A stretch of DNA of 20,000 nucleotides. Origin: an uncultured virus (IMG/VR IMGVR_UViG_3300025450_000023). Lineage: Duplodnaviria; Heunggongvirae; Uroviricota; Caudoviricetes. The notes below the pieces were generated by a model. The model had not been told where the DNA came from. It was given only the letters and a program-made list of their open reading frames with translations, and did no database searches. Shown here piece after piece: positions 1 through 8,029 of the stretch (within the stretch, counting starts at the first letter, position 1; every line of letters begins with the position of its first letter). A program made the translations under genes and the position numbers. The stretch lies in IMG/VR virus record IMGVR_UViG_3300025450_000023; one strand, 5' to 3'.

Positions 1-122
1 ATATAAACGAAATCATCTTCGTTGAACGTATCTTGACCAATCGAACGCACTCTCATCATGAAATCACGAGCGAAACCGCGTTCTTGTGCTACCCTGTAGA
101 AGTCTTGTATTGTCTGTGCCAT
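1..122 (-). CDS. gp19: Tail tube protein, N-terminal fragment (runs off the left edge of the window)
   Basis: Not in the ORF track. Manual translation from ATG at 122 gives MAQTIQDFYRVAQERGFARDFMMRVRSIGQDTFNEDDFVY, open to the edge. It starts 20 nt after the sheath stop, the canonical sheath-tube order, and the 'I.DF...G.AR...F/MRV' start resembles T4-like tube proteins. Confidence 0.75.
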   Translation of the reverse strand, partial: MAQTIQDFYRVAQERGFARDFMMRVRSIGQDTFNEDDFVY

Positions 123-128
123 GTTAAA

Positions 129-134
129 TATTTA
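129..134 (-). promoter_or_regulatory. Late-promoter-like TAAATA, tail tube
   Basis: CCTAAATA-TTTAAC-ATG; 6 nt before the start. Confidence 0.65.
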
Positions 135-142
135 GGTTGAGA

Positions 143-2500
143 TTATAATAACTCGTTAAAGTTTTGCGATGTCTTAGTAGCATAGAAGTTTACCAAGATA
201 AACTCTGCTGTACGAACTGGCTTAATATAGATGTCAACAACTAATGTGTTATCGTCAACTACGCTTGGCGTGTTGTTCGTAGAATTACATACTATTAAGT
301 AATCGTATAAACCTTGAGTGTTTTTAGCTAATTCAAATACAGGTGTTAATGTGTTAATAACTCTGCTTTGTGTGAATGTTGTATTAGGTTCAAACACGAA
401 GTATTTTAATGTTTGTAATGCAGACTTTTCTAAGAATAAGAATAGACGGCGAACATTAATACGGTCAAACGCACTTGGGTTCTTCATAAGCGTCTTTTGA
501 CCGAATACTGTATAACCTTCATTTGGGAAGTATACTACAGGATTAAGAGCTACTTTATAAAGTAAGTCGCGTTGTTTTTGCTGTGGGTTAACACCGATGT
601 CAGCAAGACCGTTAATAATACCACGGTTTAAACCAGCTGGTGCAGTCCAGAAATAATTATTAGCATCAGATGCTGTAATCATTGCTGCAGCAAAACCAGA
701 GAATGGTAACCATACACCTTGGTTAGTGTAAGTGTCTTGAACCTTAGCCCAGTTAGCATATGCTGTAGCATAGCTTGTATTGAATGAACCGTAAAGGTTA
801 CGTAGAGGCCAGTAAATGTTAGACGAGAAATTATTTGCCTTGTTGTCAAGGGTCTTGTAATTTTTACCTGTTACGAATACATGACGTAATGGGTCTGAAA
901 TAAAGAGGTGATCTTTACGACGGAATTGAGCAAACTGCACGAACTTGTTTGTGATGTCAACCCAAGCATCAACTAAATCGTTGCTTACTGGATTACCATC
1001 TGAAGCTGTAAGTGCTGCTAATTCTGTTGTTAGTTCTGCCCATACTGCAGTGTCATCATACTCTGTACCAGCACCTTCTACTGCTTGTACAGCAGCAATT
1101 GTTGATAGACCAGCATCAAGTGTGATATCGACGTCTACTAACTCGTTGTTTTCAGCAGCATTGAGAACGTAGTCAAGTTTTGAACTTACATCGCCAATAA
1201 TTTTTGCACTATTAAGTGGTAAGCTGTCTGAATATACGCCTAAAGCATAAAGCGAGTTAGCAGGCATAAACGAACCGTTTGCTTTAGCAAGATAAGCTGA
1301 AGCTACTGAGTAGAATGTATCACCGTCAGTACCAGTTGACTCTTTAAGTACTCTTACTGTCTTTGTCGAGTTACCGTTGTTGTCAAGCCAATTTACGAGA
1401 GAAGAAATATTTGGGTTAACATGTACTTCAATTGTGCTCGAGCTGTTGTTAGCAACAGTCTGTATAAAGCTTGATTGAGGCGTACCACCATTAACGTCTT
1501 GAACTGTACGATTTACATATAGTGAACCTGCATAACCTTCTTGCAATACATACTGTAATGTGGTTGTATTAATCGAGAACGGTGAAGGGCGTAATTTAAA
1601 TAATGATAAGATTAATGAATCGCTATAACCTGTTTGAGCGATATTGTAAGTAGGAATGTTTTCAATATCGTGAGAAAGACTATTAATTACTGGTAATGGT
1701 GCAGCACTTAGTGTGAAACCAATACGAGTTGTTGGAACTGTAATATAAACAGATGAATTAGTATCTGCATACTCACCATCAACAAAGTATGTGCTACCAA
1801 TAGTTTGTACTGTAACCGCATCATCAAAGTTAGATGTAGGATTATTGCTTAAAGCGTCAGCTAAGTTAAGATAATAGCCTTCGAAATTTTCGTTAATTGT
1901 TGTTTTAGCTGTGTTAACAACAACGATACCAGCGTTACCGATATCGGTAACTACGTTTGAGCCGGAAACAACAAAGCTACTTAAACCTACATTACCTGTA
2001 GTAGCAGACCAGTTGATACCACCTTGAGAAATTTGTGTGTATTGATCTGAAGTTAATGCAACTAATGCAGGGGCACCAAAATAATAACCCTGAGCTGAGC
2101 TCAATGGAATTGTACCCGCTGTAGCAGCTGTAGCTGGATATGTCGTTGTATTGCCAGGAATTGGTAATACTGGAAATGCTAATGCACTATAATTGCTTGC
2201 TGTACCTTCACCTGTACCATCCCCGTAAGGAATACGAACTGCTTTGATCGTTGGATTATTACCAGCTGTAAATAACTGATTTACCGCATAATAAAAATAA
2301 CGTTCCGCTGCATTTGTAGGTGTACCGAAAACGGTTTGAAAATCGCTAAGAGAAGCCAACTCGACAATTTCATAAGTTGGGCCTTGAGGCGCAAAACCGG
2401 TTACTAAAACATTAGTACCGACTGGAGTTACTGCTCTTGTAGATAAATCAATTTCACGAATTTCTACACCTGGAGATTGGATAGTGCGTGTGGATGCCAT
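143..2500 (-). CDS. gp18: Contractile tail sheath protein (T4 gp18-like), 785 aa
   Basis: N-terminal SPGVEIREIDLS and C-terminal W.APAG.NRG, NPVV.FP..G..VFGQKTL, FDRINVRRLFL, FEPN and IYIKP.RTAEFI motifs are typical of myovirus sheath proteins. Confidence 0.97.
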   Translation of the reverse strand: MASTRTIQSPGVEIREIDLSTRAVTPVGTNVLVTGFAPQGPTYEIVELASLSDFQTVFGTPTNAAERYFYYAVNQLFTAGNNPTIKAVRIPYGDGTGEGTASNYSALAFPVLPIPGNTTTYPATAATAGTIPLSSAQGYYFGAPALVALTSDQYTQISQGGINWSATTGNVGLSSFVVSGSNVVTDIGNAGIVVVNTAKTTINENFEGYYLNLADALSNNPTSNFDDAVTVQTIGSTYFVDGEYADTNSSVYITVPTTRIGFTLSAAPLPVINSLSHDIENIPTYNIAQTGYSDSLILSLFKLRPSPFSINTTTLQYVLQEGYAGSLYVNRTVQDVNGGTPQSSFIQTVANNSSSTIEVHVNPNISSLVNWLDNNGNSTKTVRVLKESTGTDGDTFYSVASAYLAKANGSFMPANSLYALGVYSDSLPLNSAKIIGDVSSKLDYVLNAAENNELVDVDITLDAGLSTIAAVQAVEGAGTEYDDTAVWAELTTELAALTASDGNPVSNDLVDAWVDITNKFVQFAQFRRKDHLFISDPLRHVFVTGKNYKTLDNKANNFSSNIYWPLRNLYGSFNTSYATAYANWAKVQDTYTNQGVWLPFSGFAAAMITASDANNYFWTAPAGLNRGIINGLADIGVNPQQKQRDLLYKVALNPVVYFPNEGYTVFGQKTLMKNPSAFDRINVRRLFLFLEKSALQTLKYFVFEPNTTFTQSRVINTLTPVFELAKNTQGLYDYLIVCNSTNNTPSVVDDNTLVVDIYIKPVRTAEFILVNFYATKTSQNFNELL

Positions 2501-2520
2501 AATAGTTAAGTTTCTATTAT

Positions 2521-2526
2521 TATTTA
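2521..2526 (-). promoter_or_regulatory. Late-promoter-like TAAATA, tail sheath
   Basis: CCTAAATA 20 nt before ATG 2500; same CCTAAATA context as the tube gene. Confidence 0.7.
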
Positions 2527-2556
2527 GGAGTTTTTAGCTCTGAAACTTAGACTTTA

Positions 2557-3141
2557 TTAAAGTAATTGAGAGTTTAACTGGCTAAATGCGAATGTAAAAG
2601 AAGATTCTATCTGCTCTCCATCCCTGTAATTATAAGTAATTTCTCCAAGATTTGTAATAAAAGCTTTTATGTAATCCCACTGTATTACTTTGTTGTTATA
2701 CTCATCTAAACCGTAAACAGTAATATTGGTTTGATAGTTATTTAAATCAGCAATTTTTTCTGGAGATATTAAACCGTCGTAATTGTATGTACTTTGACTT
2801 GAATCATTGATAACATTTAACCAATACCACAATACCCACCAGTTATTAAATCCATTGTCAACAGTAAAATTAACTGTTATTGGTTTATAAGCTGATCTTG
2901 TATAACTTGTAAATTTAGCAGTTTGAGCAGAGTACGGTATATCTACTTCTGCTACAACTGTTTCAGGTACTACTGTACCGTAAATTGAATACTGTAAAGA
3001 GTCTAAATTAAGAGAATTAGATGCTCGACTGTTTTGATATGTTTTGTTGACAGTCTTTAATATAGGTGGCAAGTTCAAGACAAGTAAAAACTTGTCTTTT
3101 CTATTTTTATTAAGAATCGATTGCTGAACTGTATCGCTCAT
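2557..3141 (-). CDS. Tail-tube-fold protein, probably tail completion/sheath stabiliser (T4 gp3-like), 194 aa
   Basis: Pattern 'Y.PITVNFTVD..FNNW..L..WL ... ITV..LDEYNNKVI.W.Y.KAF.TNLGEI.Y ... FTF.FS' resembles the gp3/gp19 family. Lies next to the sheath gene. Confidence 0.65.
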   Translation of the reverse strand: MSDTVQQSILNKNRKDKFLLVLNLPPILKTVNKTYQNSRASNSLNLDSLQYSIYGTVVPETVVAEVDIPYSAQTAKFTSYTRSAYKPITVNFTVDNGFNNWWVLWYWLNVINDSSQSTYNYDGLISPEKIADLNNYQTNITVYGLDEYNNKVIQWDYIKAFITNLGEITYNYRDGEQIESSFTFAFSQLNSQLL

Positions 3142-3148
3142 CTAACAC

Positions 3149-4276
3149 TTACTTACGGAAGTGTTTGTTATTGATAATGTAAAATTCCTTAATAACGCTT
3201 TGTTCAGCTGCTACTTTTTGTGTATTAGCAGGTGTAACCTGATTCATTATCTGACCCGCAGCAGGCTTTTTTCTTGCGTTATCGTTTTGAGCTTTTTCAA
3301 TTTCAGCTAATTTATTCAGTGCATAGTCAAGAATACCTTTACGGTCTCTGCTTTGTACTTTGCTGAGTTGTGCTGCTACAGCGTCTATAGCTTTTTTAGC
3401 ATCCCCCACATTAACACGACCACTACCTGCAGGTGCTGGTGCAGCAGGTGCTGCAGGTAGTGGTGCGGGTGCAGCTGCTGGAGCTGGAGTTGCAGAAGCT
3501 GTATTAGCTGTCGGTGCTGGTGCATCTGCTGCAGGTGCTGTATTAGCAGCTGTTGCAGGTTTACCGGTTTGATTTAAATTCTTGTTTGTAATATCACCAG
3601 CTAAGCCAGTGTTTTGTTTTGCTCCTTGATAACCGTATTTAGCACCAGCTTTAAAGCTATGACCAAGTCCTTGTGCAGCACCACCAACAGCACCAACTGC
3701 TTGACCTAAGCCATTTGCAGTAGCGCCCGCAACTTGACCTACAGCTGCAGGTACATTAGCTAAACCATTAGCTAATTTAGTGCCATATTTCTGTATACCG
3801 CTTTTTAAATGTGAGCCTAATTGACTAAGAAAACCAGGTTTCTTTTTTTGAGCTCCTGCTAAAGGGTATGTGGAATTTGCACCTGCAATATCAGAAGGAT
3901 CCCCATTTGGGTTTACGTCTTCGTCTTCGAGTTTTTCTTCTTCTTTCTTTTTACCACGTGCAAAAGATTCAAATGCTAAGCAATAGTTTTTATCGCTTGT
4001 AGTATCTAAATGTTTTAAAACCTTTTCAATACACATTACTGTGAGTTTAATATCATTATCTTGCTCGTCTGCGTTTTCTTCTATAATTGAGCGACCACCT
4101 TGACGTGATTCTATAGCATGCTCAAAAGCCAAATATGTACTTTCAGGCAGTACCTGTGAAATAATATTAAACTCTTTTAAAATAGTCTCAGGAGAAGAAC
4201 TCTCTACGAGTGATTCAATTGAATTATTTTCTTGTACTACGTTATATTTTTCGGCTAAAAGCTTTACGTTTGGCAT
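3149..4276 (-). CDS. Hypothetical Ala/Gly/Pro-rich protein, candidate internal head (ejection) protein, 375 aa
   Basis: Long ORF with TAAGTA upstream. Acidic N-terminal third with many (L/I/V)xE sites, then a Gly/Ala-rich segment and a Pro/Ala linker. N-terminus MPNVKLLAEKY resembles that of the 5920 gene. Confidence 0.6.
   Translation of the reverse strand: MPNVKLLAEKYNVVQENNSIESLVESSSPETILKEFNIISQVLPESTYLAFEHAIESRQGGRSIIEENADEQDNDIKLTVMCIEKVLKHLDTTSDKNYCLAFESFARGKKKEEEKLEDEDVNPNGDPSDIAGANSTYPLAGAQKKKPGFLSQLGSHLKSGIQKYGTKLANGLANVPAAVGQVAGATANGLGQAVGAVGGAAQGLGHSFKAGAKYGYQGAKQNTGLAGDITNKNLNQTGKPATAANTAPAADAPAPTANTASATPAPAAAPAPLPAAPAAPAPAGSGRVNVGDAKKAIDAVAAQLSKVQSRDRKGILDYALNKLAEIEKAQNDNARKKPAAGQIMNQVTPANTQKVAAEQSVIKEFYIINNKHFRK
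3150..3155 (-). promoter_or_regulatory. Late-promoter-like TAAGTA, gp3-like gene
   Basis: 8 nt before ATG 3141, overlapping the last codons/stop of the upstream gene. Confidence 0.55.
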
Positions 4277-4284
4277 AATGTATC

Positions 4285-5346
4285 TTAATACTTACGCAAA
4301 TAGAACGTATTTCTCTGTGAATCAAATCCAATCTCTATATTACTTGTACTAAGCTTACGAGGATGACCGGATTTAATTTTATTTATATCCAATCCATAAC
4401 GCATGATAATTTCATTAGCTTTATTATGGGTTATCGGGCCAGCTCCAAATTCCTTCTTTTTAAGGTTATGTACTGGTACAGTATCGTCTTTCTTTTTCTT
4501 GTGCATTTGAGCTACTATACCAATATTTCTAATTTTATCAGAACCCAAGCTACCTAATTTACTCATACCCGCACCGAGTTGTTGATGGCGAGGACCTCGT
4601 TTATTAGTAATACCCATAAACGATTTAAAATTCATTTCCTGTAAACGCTGTACACTATCTAATGATAATTTCTTATCTTTCTTTGCAAGTATACCTTGTA
4701 CAAGTCTTTCCACGTCTCCTGATCTACGTAGTTTTTTGAAAGCAAGGTTTTCAGGTGAAAACTCTCCACCTTTGTCTAAACCAGCTTTTCTGAGTTCCAT
4801 GAACTTTTCTTTAGCTTTTTCAGCACATTCTACATCACATTCATCACTTAAAGCAAAATTAATCATATCTAACATCGCTTGTTTCTTTTTACCAACAAGT
4901 GAAAGATCTATTTCTGCTTTTTCTTTAGTTGCGTTTGGTTTCTTTAACCAATCATCGTTTTTAAGGGAATACACTCCAGTAGAATGGTGCGGTTCATTTA
5001 TATCTTGTATATAAACCTCTACGTCATAACCTTTTATAGTAATATCACGTGTTGTGTTCCAAACTGTTTTTTTAGCATTAAAATAGTCTTTAAGTAATTC
5101 AGTCTCAACTTTATACTCAGTAAAATCTGTGATAATGTGTAAATCAAAATCACTATACTTTGTGTAGTTAAAGTTTGCTAATGAACCAGTTAAAGTAATA
5201 TCTTCAACATCAACTTCAATATCAATTGTATCTAAAAATGCTTGAGCAATTTCCAGGAGCTTATCTTTAATTTCTGGCTTTAGCTTGCCATTTTCCCACA
5301 ATTGCGGGTTAAGCTCATTATGAAACTCAAACGTAAGGTTCTCCAT
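4285..5346 (-). CDS. Pol-beta-superfamily nucleotidyltransferase with a basic C-terminal extension, 353 aa
   Basis: LTGSLANFNYTKYSDFDLH gives G54-S55...D66-x-D68, the hG[GS]x9-13Dh[DE]h signature. A third acidic strand is YDVEVY (D108/E110), followed by a helical GEFSPENLAFKKLRR region. Confidence 0.85.
   Translation of the reverse strand: MENLTFEFHNELNPQLWENGKLKPEIKDKLLEIAQAFLDTIDIEVDVEDITLTGSLANFNYTKYSDFDLHIITDFTEYKVETELLKDYFNAKKTVWNTTRDITIKGYDVEVYIQDINEPHHSTGVYSLKNDDWLKKPNATKEKAEIDLSLVGKKKQAMLDMINFALSDECDVECAEKAKEKFMELRKAGLDKGGEFSPENLAFKKLRRSGDVERLVQGILAKKDKKLSLDSVQRLQEMNFKSFMGITNKRGPRHQQLGAGMSKLGSLGSDKIRNIGIVAQMHKKKKDDTVPVHNLKKKEFGAGPITHNKANEIIMRYGLDINKIKSGHPRKLSTSNIEIGFDSQRNTFYLRKY
4289..4294 (-). 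promoter_or_regulatory. Late-promoter-like TAAGTA, 375-aa gene
   Basis: 12 nt before ATG 4276, inside the last codons of the NTase gene. Confidence 0.55.
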
Positions 5347-5355
5347 GTAAGTTAT

Positions 5356-5365
5356 TACTTACTTA
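5356..5365 (-). promoter_or_regulatory. Two overlapping TAAGTA late-promoter-like motifs, NTase gene
   Basis: TAAGTAAGTA-ATAACTTAC-ATG. Confidence 0.6.
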
Positions 5366-5866
5366 AAACTTATAACTTAGCCTTGTAAAAAAGTCTCCAA
5401 TAAAGTACAAAGCTTCGTGTATACGTCTACGTACCCAACGTACTGGTTTAGTATAAAAGAAATATCTATTAACCCAGCGACTTCTTTCATATAGCATTTC
5501 TGCTTTTACTTGATTCCATTTCTCAATACGTTCAGTATTGTCTACCTTTTCAAACTTAGATACTTCAATTACATCGATTTGCCCTTTAGTGAATGTTGCA
5601 GTAAACTCTACCCAACAATCATTATTACCTATTTTTTCATTTGGTACATATTCGTAAAATTTAAGGTTACCATGGTAATTTTGATCTTCCCAATTCTTTT
5701 CGGATACTTGCAAAAGCAGTCTACCGTTTTCGATTTTGTAATTAGCTAAACACTCTATTAACCCCTTAGCTTGAAATGACGTACAGTTATTGGGTAATCC
5801 CTCTTCCCACATTTCGTCTGTCCAAGGCAATTTATCTTTTACTGTTATTGTATCAAACATTCCCAT
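5363..5866 (-). CDS. Phage hypothetical protein (MGMFD... type), 167 aa
   Basis: Clean ORF filling the gap between neighbours. The MGMFDTI...FQAK.L...L..Y.I..G.L pattern is one I associate with phage hypothetical proteins. Function unknown. Confidence 0.65.
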   Translation of the reverse strand: MGMFDTITVKDKLPWTDEMWEEGLPNNCTSFQAKGLIECLANYKIENGRLLLQVSEKNWEDQNYHGNLKFYEYVPNEKIGNNDCWVEFTATFTKGQIDVIEVSKFEKVDNTERIEKWNQVKAEMLYERSRWVNRYFFYTKPVRWVRRRIHEALYFIGDFFTRLSYKF

Positions 5867-5900
5867 ACAGTTAATATAGTGTATTTTTGCTAATAATCCA

Positions 5901-5910
5901 TAAGTATTTA
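5901..5910. promoter_or_regulatory. Overlapping TAAGTA (+) and TAAATA (-) motifs between divergent genes
   Basis: TAAGTATTTA between ATG 5866 (-) and ATG 5920 (+). Confidence 0.6.
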
Positions 5911-5919
5911 GTCTATAGT

Positions 5920-6309
5920 ATGCCTAACGAACTCAAACTGTTATCAGAAAAATATACTCAAATATTTAAAGAATATGATGCTTCGTGGTCAACCGGTGGT
6001 ATGGGCGGAACAGCCTATGCAGGTAGCGAGCAAATGGCAGAAGATGAAGAAAGTGCATTAGACCCACTACAGCCAAGTACAGCTTTAAGTTCCCAACTCG
6101 TTGGTTTATTTGATCCGGTTACTTCTGAAGAAAAGAAACAAACCGACGAAGCTTTAAAAGAACTTGAAACAGTTTTAAATAAAATTACAAAAGATATAGA
6201 AAGCTGGCAACACAAATACACAAAGCTCGGGGCAACCGATACTGTTTCAAGAGAACAATTATTTCAATATATAGCTAAATCAGTTTTAGGTATAAAAAAA
6301 TTAGACTGA
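5920..6309 (+). CDS. Hypothetical protein, 129 aa (start corrected from TTG 5887 to ATG 5920), candidate internal head protein
   Basis: ATG 5920 lies 13 nt after TAAGTA (5901-5906). The resulting N-terminus MPNELKLLSEKY aligns with MPNVKLLAEKY of the 375-aa gene. Confidence 0.7.
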   Translation: MPNELKLLSEKYTQIFKEYDASWSTGGMGGTAYAGSEQMAEDEESALDPLQPSTALSSQLVGLFDPVTSEEKKQTDEALKELETVLNKITKDIESWQHKYTKLGATDTVSREQLFQYIAKSVLGIKKLD

Positions 6310-6310
6310 T

Positions 6311-7954
6311 ATGTTTTCATTTAAACAATTTTTTCTTTTAAATGAAGGTGGTGCTGGTGGACATATGCTACACCCGCTCAACTTACCTGAAATTAAAACA
6401 GGTAAAGAGCTTTTAGAATTATATGAAAAGTCAGCTCATTATCTTGCACTAAAAGGTGCTCCGGTTAAAATTGATGGTACTAACGTTAGTGTGCGGTTAG
6501 TAGATACTGAACACGGTAAAGAGTTTGCTATCTACAGGGGCGCTAAAATAGACATGGAAGGACCTCCCGCTACACTCTCTTATTTAAATACCCGTTTTGC
6601 GGAAAACCCAGGTGCAATTAAATCATACGAGCAGGTATTAAATATTTTTAACAAAGCCTTACCACAGACAACAAGAGAGCTGAAAGAGTTAGGCTTGTAT
6701 AATGATCCAAATATTTTCTTTAATACTGAATTTGTAGCTGGTACTTCTAATATAATAGGGTACAATAATAAATTTTTAGCTATTCATTATCCTGCTAAAA
6801 TTACAGAAAAGTTTAGCGCTAAAAAAGGTACAAAGAGTTATGGTAGTGAGCATTTACCTTTTAATGCTGATGTTTTAAATGCATATGCTAAAAAAGTTAA
6901 TGCAGTAGCACAAGAATTTGGTTTTAATGTTATACATCAGTCTATAGCAAAAATGACTGGTAAGCCTAATTTTAATGCAGCGTTAAGTTCAGAATTAACT
7001 ATTAATGGTAAAACTAAAACTTTAAAACAGTGGTTAAGTACAGCTGTTAATCCGGCTAACAAAGTAATTAAAAAATTGGGTGGTGCTAAACCAGTAGCTG
7101 GTATTAATCAGGCTCTGTATTTAGATGTAGTACAAAACGGGGTTGATATTAACAGTATAGTTGCACCAGAAAGTTTACCGGTTGCTACAAATTGTATTGT
7201 ATTTTGGCATGCAACAAGATTACTTGGTAAAGCTATACTTGATGCAATGGACTCAGATTTAGGTAAACCTTCTCAACAAGAAGGTGTTGTTATAAACAAC
7301 CCAGCTGTATCAGCTTATCAATTTAAAATAACAGGCGACTTCTTTGTAAGAAACGCTGAAGCAAGCCCCTACAGAAAAGAACCTACTGGTCCTATTAAAA
7401 CAGCTGTCATAACTTATGGTAGATTTAATCCGCCAACTGTTGGACATCAAGCTTTGTTACAAACATTATCTCAAACTGGTGCACAAAATAAAGCTCAATT
7501 AACAGCTATATTTCCTTCTCATACAATTAATAGAGACAACCCGTTACCTTTTGATCTTAAAGCACAGATATTACAAACTATATCCCCTAAGAACGTTCAA
7601 GTATTACCAGACGGTAAGACTCTAATGGCAGTGCTTAGTTTCTTAAGTAAAAACGGATATAACAGGGTTATTCATATAGCTGGTTCAGATCGTTTACCTG
7701 AATATGAGCGTTTAATTAAACAATACGTAAATAAGCCAGATGCTCATGGAGATATTGCATACAATATACCAGACTACACGTTTGTAAGCTCTGGGGATAG
7801 AGATCCAGACGCTGAAGGTGTTACTGGTATGAGTGCTTCTAAAGTAAGAGCAGCTGCTCGTGCTAATGATTATAAGTCTTTTAGTGCTGGTATAGCTCAA
7901 GGCTTACCCGAACAACTAAAGCAATTAGTATTCAATACTATTAAAAATAGTTAA
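6311..7954 (+). CDS. Two-domain protein: N-terminal Rnl2-like ATP-dependent ligase/nucleotidyltransferase domain + C-terminal HIGH-superfamily (cytidylyltransferase/NMNAT-like) domain, 547 aa
   Basis: Ligase motifs: I VKIDGTNVS (K53), III FFNTEFVAG, IV QEGVVI (E324), V FKIT (K339). HIGH domain from about aa 362: TYGRFNPPTVGH, NPLPF, AGSDR and the KMSKS-like GMSASKVR. Confidence 0.8.
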   Translation: MFSFKQFFLLNEGGAGGHMLHPLNLPEIKTGKELLELYEKSAHYLALKGAPVKIDGTNVSVRLVDTEHGKEFAIYRGAKIDMEGPPATLSYLNTRFAENPGAIKSYEQVLNIFNKALPQTTRELKELGLYNDPNIFFNTEFVAGTSNIIGYNNKFLAIHYPAKITEKFSAKKGTKSYGSEHLPFNADVLNAYAKKVNAVAQEFGFNVIHQSIAKMTGKPNFNAALSSELTINGKTKTLKQWLSTAVNPANKVIKKLGGAKPVAGINQALYLDVVQNGVDINSIVAPESLPVATNCIVFWHATRLLGKAILDAMDSDLGKPSQQEGVVINNPAVSAYQFKITGDFFVRNAEASPYRKEPTGPIKTAVITYGRFNPPTVGHQALLQTLSQTGAQNKAQLTAIFPSHTINRDNPLPFDLKAQILQTISPKNVQVLPDGKTLMAVLSFLSKNGYNRVIHIAGSDRLPEYERLIKQYVNKPDAHGDIAYNIPDYTFVSSGDRDPDAEGVTGMSASKVRAAARANDYKSFSAGIAQGLPEQLKQLVFNTIKNS

Positions 7955-7975
7955 ATTTTAATTTAATTTAAACAT

Positions 7976-8010
7976 AAAAAAAGGCTAACGTTTTACTCGT
8001 TAGCCTTTTT
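7976..8010. terminator. Bidirectional intrinsic terminator between convergent genes
   Basis: AAAAAAAGGCTAACG-TTTTACT-CGTTAGCCTTTTT: perfect stem with a T-tract on both strands, between stops at 7954 (+) and 8030 (-). Confidence 0.9.
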
Positions 8011-8029
8011 AATTTTAAGCGACTAATTC

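Noticed and set aside
143..3141. Bacterial contractile injection system (eCIS/T6SS/tailocin)
   Set aside because: Terminase, neck protein and T4-type late promoters indicate a DNA-packaging phage.
4285..5346. CBASS CD-NTase or MNT-HEPN toxin-antitoxin call
   Set aside because: Shares only the superfamily motif; no adjacent Cap effector or HEPN (RxxxxH) partner recognised, so a specific assignment is unsupported.
5887..5919. TTG start giving a 140-aa product
   Set aside because: The extension spans the promoter motif; ATG 5920 gives the shared MPN..KLLxEKY N-terminus.
318..7900. Short antisense ORFs (318, 945, 3360, 4363, 4736, 5510, 6015, 6580, 7712)
   Set aside because: Fully overlap longer, better-supported genes on the opposite strand and have no recognisable motifs.
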